Shown: positions 57,881 through 64,000 of the stretch, piece by piece | Numbering within the stretch: position 1 is the first letter of the stretch | How the letters are laid out: every line of letters starts with the position of its first letter | From: Blastocystis sp. Blastoise | Lineage: Eukaryota; Protista; Bigyra: Opalinata | Assembly (NCBI GenBank): GCA_039096225.1 | Contig: JBBPEB010000015.1 | Span: 2,446,787 to 2,510,786 of the forward strand | Reading direction: 5' to 3' | DNA: 64,000 bases | The notes under the pieces: generated by a model | What the model saw: the letters and a program-made list of their open reading frames with translations, nothing else | Databases searched by the model: none | What the model was told of the DNA's origin: nothing | Position numbers and translations under genes: made by a program

Positions 57881-57989
57881 TTGTATTTTGTTTTTTCCCT
57901 TGTTTGTAAAAAAATTTCGAGTATATTCGAGCCAATTCACTAGTTAATTCTTTGTTGATTAAGCTTCTATTATTTGAAACTATATAGTT

Positions 57990-59220
57990 CTGATTTCTAC
58001 AATTAACTACCATTTCTGGAAATAATAGGCATATATTTCAATTGTTTTGGGGTTTTAAATATATATTGTTGCTTTTTAACATATTGATTCTATATTATAA
58101 ATATAACAAATGTAACTTTTAAAATATATAAATATAAATATTTCTATTCTCTAACACAACATAAACATAAAAAAAGTGAACAAGAATATTATTATTTATT
58201 ATGATATGCTTTTATTCTACATAATGATCGATATACAAGTGTAAAGTAATGATTTCTTAAAATATTTAGATTTTATACAATATTCTTCGTTTAATTAGCA
58301 ATTTAATTTTGACTATCTTTTATATATTTTAAAGTCATTTCAACATATTTATTAAGATCATTCAAGAGATAAGTAATTGATACCATCATACTTTTTTAGA
58401 ATTATCAATAATTCTTAAGCATTTTCAAGTTTTATGTTTACAGTGTAGTGATGTTTTTTCAGAAGAATGTATGCGATAGAAAATAAGACACCATTTATTA
58501 TCATTATCATTATTTAAAATACAACGTAAATTTGCTAATTTATATCTTATTATTATTCATTTTGTTTTTAGGTAAGCTATATAATATATATATAAGTTTA
58601 TCCTTATTGCTTCAAAACTATATCAAGTAAATAAAACCTTTTATTTGTTGAAATATATTAAAGGAAAATTTATAAAAAAGAAATGAACAAAAATTATTTT
58701 ATATATATATATTTTTTGCATTTTAGCTATATTATTATATATTTTTTCTTTGCTGATTTTTTTAGAAATATTTTATAAAGCAATACATTTTTTATAAATA
58801 TTTGCACAAATTTTATCTTATAAAAAAAAATGAGAATGCTAAGTAATTGATGAGTTATAGAAATGTTCTAAAAATGAGATGAAATTCATTTATATAATAG
58901 GAATCTAGATTGCATATATAATATATTTTAATATCCTTAATAAATATACACATAAAAAATGTTAAAAAAATGTTTTTTTACATTGTTAATGATATAAAGC
59001 ATTACAGATGATATATAATACAATAACATATATCACATATCTTATTATATCTAAATATATATATATATATATATATATCTAAATATATATATATATATAT
59101 AGGAATCTAAATACTTATCTTAAATAGAAATAGTCTACAAGAAATAAAGAAACAAAAAAAAAAACAAAAAACAAAAATGTGCATCAATTATTTTTCGAAA
59201 TACATGCTTATTATGAACCT
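57990..59220. mobile_element. Degenerate ~1.2-kb element, copy 2 (diverged paralog of 56198-57388)
   Basis: Starts ctgatttctacaattaactaccatttctgg. Collinear anchors with copy 1 recur at ~1.8-kb offset. Confidence 0.4.
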
Positions 59221-60674
59221 TTATACATATTCACATAAAACAAAAAAATATACTTTAGAAAATTTGTTGTTTATTTTTTTGTAAGATATATTATAGTTTT
59301 ATAAGAAATTATTGATATAATATAATGATTATTATAATATATAATGTATTACAAATATTAATTTTCTGAAATAAATAGTTAAAATTTGATTATAAGATAC
59401 AATATAAAACTTAATTGTATTAAAACTATTGAATTGCATTATAATATAAATATTTTTAATCTTAACATTGTTTTTTTATATATTTAAATATAATGTTCAA
59501 ATTTTAACTAAAGATGAAGAAATGAACAACAGTAATAAGTATTTTTAGTTAAATAAGTTTGTTAAATTTATAAAATGTATCCTTTAAGAACAATATGATA
59601 TAATATTAAGAGTAAATATAGTGATATATGACAAATTTTTTAGTTTAAATTAATTAAAAAAGTGAATTATAAATAAATTTATCGGGCAACGCTTAAAACT
59701 TTGTTGAACAATATTATTGGATAATAAAAATGAACCCACGAATTATTTTGATTTTTTGTAGATATTTCTTCCCAAAACTTTGTTATGCTTGCAATGCTGC
59801 AAAAGAATGAACTTTTTGAGAAGCACTTATTTGTACGAAATACAAAATATATGTAATTCTTGAAAATTCAAGTAGATCTATAATAAAAATTTCTTTTTGA
59901 ATATCTAAAGTAATAAATTTATATTATTACCTATTTAATATTTAAAAATTGAATACATAATAAAAATGTTAAAAATATATATATGATTCAATAGTTCTAG
60001 TTAATATATAGTAAGAATTATATTGAAGTAAAATTGTATTAAAAATTAACTAATAAATATGAGTTTTTTTAGCTTTCTAAAATTCTTGACTTCTAAAGTA
60101 CAATTATAAAAACTACATAATATTAATTGTTGTTATTTGAACATAAAATAATAAAATTAATACTTAATTTAAAGAAAATAGAAACAAAATAGAATAATAC
60201 TTTTTCTCAGTTATCTATTATATAACAATATAGCATCAAAATATATTGTTTTATTATTTTATTACATATCATATTTAATATATTAATAAGTTTCTATTAT
60301 AAATATAATCTAAGAAAAGAAATAAAAAGAAATATATATAATTTTAATTTTTCCATCCTCAAAATAATATAGAATATACTTTTTATTTTAGTGAAATAAA
60401 TTTGGTACATGAAAGACATTATGTACATAGTTATAAGGTCAAATATATGGTTTTAAAAATGTGCTATATATTTATTTATGTCAAACAATATAATAATGAC
60501 TTTTTATATAGATTAATATAGATAATTATGATTGTTAAGTTGATTTTAGATTTAATAAAAAATATATATGATGAAATAAAGATTTATATTTGTGATATTT
60601 TTAGTAAGGTACAGCGTAACTTTTGGTATGATTATAAATTCCTATAGTCATATTCTATTTTTTTGAGCCTAGAA

Positions 60675-61968
60675 TAGAGATTTACAAAAAACCGTATATG
60701 AATATATCACCGTTTTTTTTTTGAGAAAACCGTATATACGGTTTTTTCATTTCTCAGTCAAAATTCCATATTCGGTTTTAAAACCGTATATGAATTTTAT
60801 TTTACTTATATAAAGTCAAATATTAATTTTTTTAAAATTGTTTTTTGTTTTATAAGTTTTATATCAGGCTTATTCATATATTTAAGTTATTTTTTGGTAT
60901 GTTTTTAGAAATATTTTTTATTAATTAGATTATATAGACAATTAAGAGATATAAGCTTAATCTAGTCATATTACAAACATATGATAACTTCTTGATAATC
61001 TAAAACAAGTTATTAGTAGATTAAACTATGTTGATAGTAATCACTTTTTGTCCATTTTGATTGAATCAGTTAATTGTTCTTATTCAATACTCTAATCTGC
61101 GTTTATCAATATAAAATGAAGTAACTTCTTTTGGAAATACAATGAATCCGTGACTATAACATTTTTTTACATTATCGGCTATATTTGACTCTATATTATA
61201 AATAATTACATAATATGATATATATCATCACTTCTCAATGTATTTTATAATATTATTATAATTTCATTGAAATTTATCTATCATAAAATGAATGATGTTT
61301 TTTATTCTCTTAAATACTAGTTATAGCTATATTAAAAGCATGAAATATTTATATAGAGAGATATAAAGTATAAATGAATCATTACTACTATTAATGAGTC
61401 AAATAAAAATAGAATCAATGTACAATTAGTGAAAATGTAATATCAGTTATAATTTATGATATGTAATTATTTATGAAGATGTTGACATGATAGAGCACAT
61501 TAATCTGAAAGATATTAAAAACATTTCACAGAATATGTAGTTTTTTAAAGCTCATCAAATGTTGATTATATTAGTTTATTGTGTATTAAATAGCATTTAT
61601 AGTAAAGGAGAAATATTATAGTATAAAAAATATCAACTTAAATAATTAATTGCTTATAAAATAGTACTTATATCATGAATATTTCAACAATATTAGTTTT
61701 TACATATATACATAACATAATTAACATTATTATAATATAGTAAACAATAAATTCGAAGATATTTTGTGAACAATGTCAACAAATGGAACTGTTTCTTTTT
61801 TTTCTAAGTTTCTTTCTATTACAACTATAATTCTTATGAATATACATAATTAATAAACAAAAAAATATCAACATTAAAAGACATATAAGTACAATAAAAA
61901 ACCGTATATACGGTTTTCTCAAAAAAAAACCGGTGATATATTCATATACGGTTTTTTGTAAATCTCTA
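60675..61968. mobile_element. 1294-bp non-autonomous DNA transposon with 73-bp TIRs, hAT-like ends
   Basis: 60675-60747 and 61896-61968 are reverse complements at 72/73 positions. Termini TAGAGATTTAC; repeated AAAACCGTATAT motifs. No intact ORF and no clean 8-bp TSD. Confidence 0.8.
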
Positions 61969-62859
61969 TAACGTAGTAGAAAAATGAAAATAGTCGTGAA
62001 ACTTTTTTCTATTTTTATTTTCTTATATATCTCTCCATAAATGAATTATAAATATGTAAAATGTGTTATAATGTGATGAACATAATATAAATATGTTCAT
62101 AAGAAAAAATTAATGATTGTAATATGTATTGTACTGATTTACTCGTTATTCTTAATATGCATTGCATTTATATAATTATTTTTGTGCTAAATGAGTTTAG
62201 TAATAATAGAAACATATTATAGCCTAATGTAAGCTTCTTTAATTTAACAGTTATTGGACAAGTCTGAATTCAGTCTCAATATTATTCGATAATTATAATA
62301 CTCTAATGTTGTAAATGCTAATATATTACTTTTTATATAAAAAAATAAGTGATTAATATGTTTTCGATCATTTTGTGTAAGTAATGAATCACTTTAAAAG
62401 CCATGTTATATGTCTCAATAAATATATATATGCTTTATTAAATATAGAAAAAGTGATTTAGTAACAAAAGTCATTACTTTGTTGAAATATGACACTTTTT
62501 TAATAAATAATTCCTTTATTACTAATATTTCTTTTTGTGATATTCACATTATTTTCTAAGAAAACTATCAACGTGTTTCTGCAAAGAAATACCCCAATTT
62601 AATTTCTAAAAAAATAATTATATTCATTAAAAGACTTGTTTTTTGCATAATTACGAGTGTATAGGTATTTGTTAGATCTTTGCAATAAATATATAGAAAA
62701 ATTACTGATAAGAAAGCAACAATAAGTCCATTCCACTGTTATTCTGTTTTCACGGGAGGAAAAAAGCGACAAATGAGAATTCCTGACTTGTTTATTATCA
62801 GATTTTTTAAGACAGTAAGTATAAGAGTTACACGGGAAATCGAATAAATAAAAATTGAT

Positions 62860-63135
62860 TTTATTGGATTAAATAATTTTAGTGGCAAATAAACTGAAGG
62901 TTTTTATTTAACTTTAACCAATGAAAGTATTAATAAAACTACAGAGAAAATTATAGAATTTTCTTTTTCTAAACAGTAATCAAATTAAAATGTTTCTATT
63001 GGATTAAATAGTTATAATGACAAATGAACTGACTGCTTTTATTTGACTTTAACCAATGATAGTATTAAGAAACTACAAAATGGAAACAATAACATTTTCA
63101 GTTTTTAACAAATAATCATCTAAAAAAGTTTTTAT
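62860..63135. repeat. Diverged ~135-bp tandem duplication with ATTGG and CCAAT in each unit
   Basis: tattggattaaata...aactga...actttaaccaatga.agtattaa..aaactaca occurs at 62862 and 62997. Confidence 0.8.
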
Positions 63136-64000
63136 TCTAATAGATATATTATCATATCCTAGAAGTTTTAGTTTTTTTAAAATTTTGTATTATATGTATG
63201 AAGCAATTAATAACAAAAAAACATCACAAAGCAATATAATAAAATAATTAACAAAAACAATTTATAAAATAATAATAAAACACCTATAATAAAATGAATT
63301 ATCATAAGATTTTCCTTTTTTATTTAATGGCAAACTCTATTTGAAATAATTACTATATATAAATAAATTAACAATAAAGATAATATATATTTTACCTTTT
63401 TCTTTTGATTGAATAAAATTATACCAACTGAATACTATAAAATATAATTAATAATAAATTGTAATGAAATATTTATATACTAACAACGAAAAAATATATA
63501 TCGATTTGAACCTTCTTCCAGTTAAAGTGGTCTTGCCTATATAAGAAATCAAATAGATTATAGTAATAATTAGAAATTAAAAGAATATATATATATATAT
63601 ATATATATATACCCGATTAACATTAGTTTTGCTTCTACTGTTAACAATTCTAATAGTTATCAGAAATCCTATACAATGTATGCTATTAATTTAAAAGAAT
63701 AATAGATTACTGGAAACTCAATTCATTTTTTTCTAGCAATAATAACTATAATATGATTTAATAAACTTAGTTATTAAGAATATACAGCTTTGTTTGATAA
63801 TATAGCATTTACTAAAATAAAATATGAAAACAAAACAATAAATAATAAACACAAAGCAACTTTAATAATAAAAAGATTTATTTTTTGTGGCTAGAAATTA
63901 TCAAATAGAAATTGGGAATCCTATTGACACATATTGTGTTTAACTCTGTCATAGCAACTCGTCAGATCGTTTATTATGACGCAGTTTGTTTTATATTCAT

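Overview
Very AT-rich, intron-dense eukaryotic genomic DNA. The gene content (He_PIG/putative-Ig surface protein, AT-AC minor introns, short GTAT...TAG introns) suggests a stramenopile of the Blastocystis/Opalinata group; this is an inference. Positions 1-53.4 kb hold 13 spliced genes reconstructed by hand: the 3' end of a membrane protein, an SLC4/BOR-type anion transporter, a hypothetical protein, a DHA1/TetA-like MFS transporter, an ABCC transporter, INTS1, a PDCD4-like MA3 protein, a large He_PIG surface protein, a HAD hydrolase, a SAM-type mitochondrial carrier, a DCR2/PAP-like metallophosphoesterase, a USP5/13-like deubiquitinase and Srp40/Nopp140. Splicing is the most notable feature. 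There are three U12-type AT-AC introns, one apparently obligatory GA-AG intron made almost entirely of (AT)n, a possible GG-AG intron, and two junctions that cannot be joined canonically. A GC-rich 140-bp hAT-type MITE with a perfect 8-bp TSD lies at 36.8 kb. The last ~10.6 kb contains no recognisable gene. It holds a 32-bp minisatellite, a diverged ~1.8-kb duplication carrying inverted-repeat-bounded ~1.2-kb units, and a 1.3-kb element with 73-bp TIRs. Most short ORFs in the supplied track are microsatellite or antisense artefacts.
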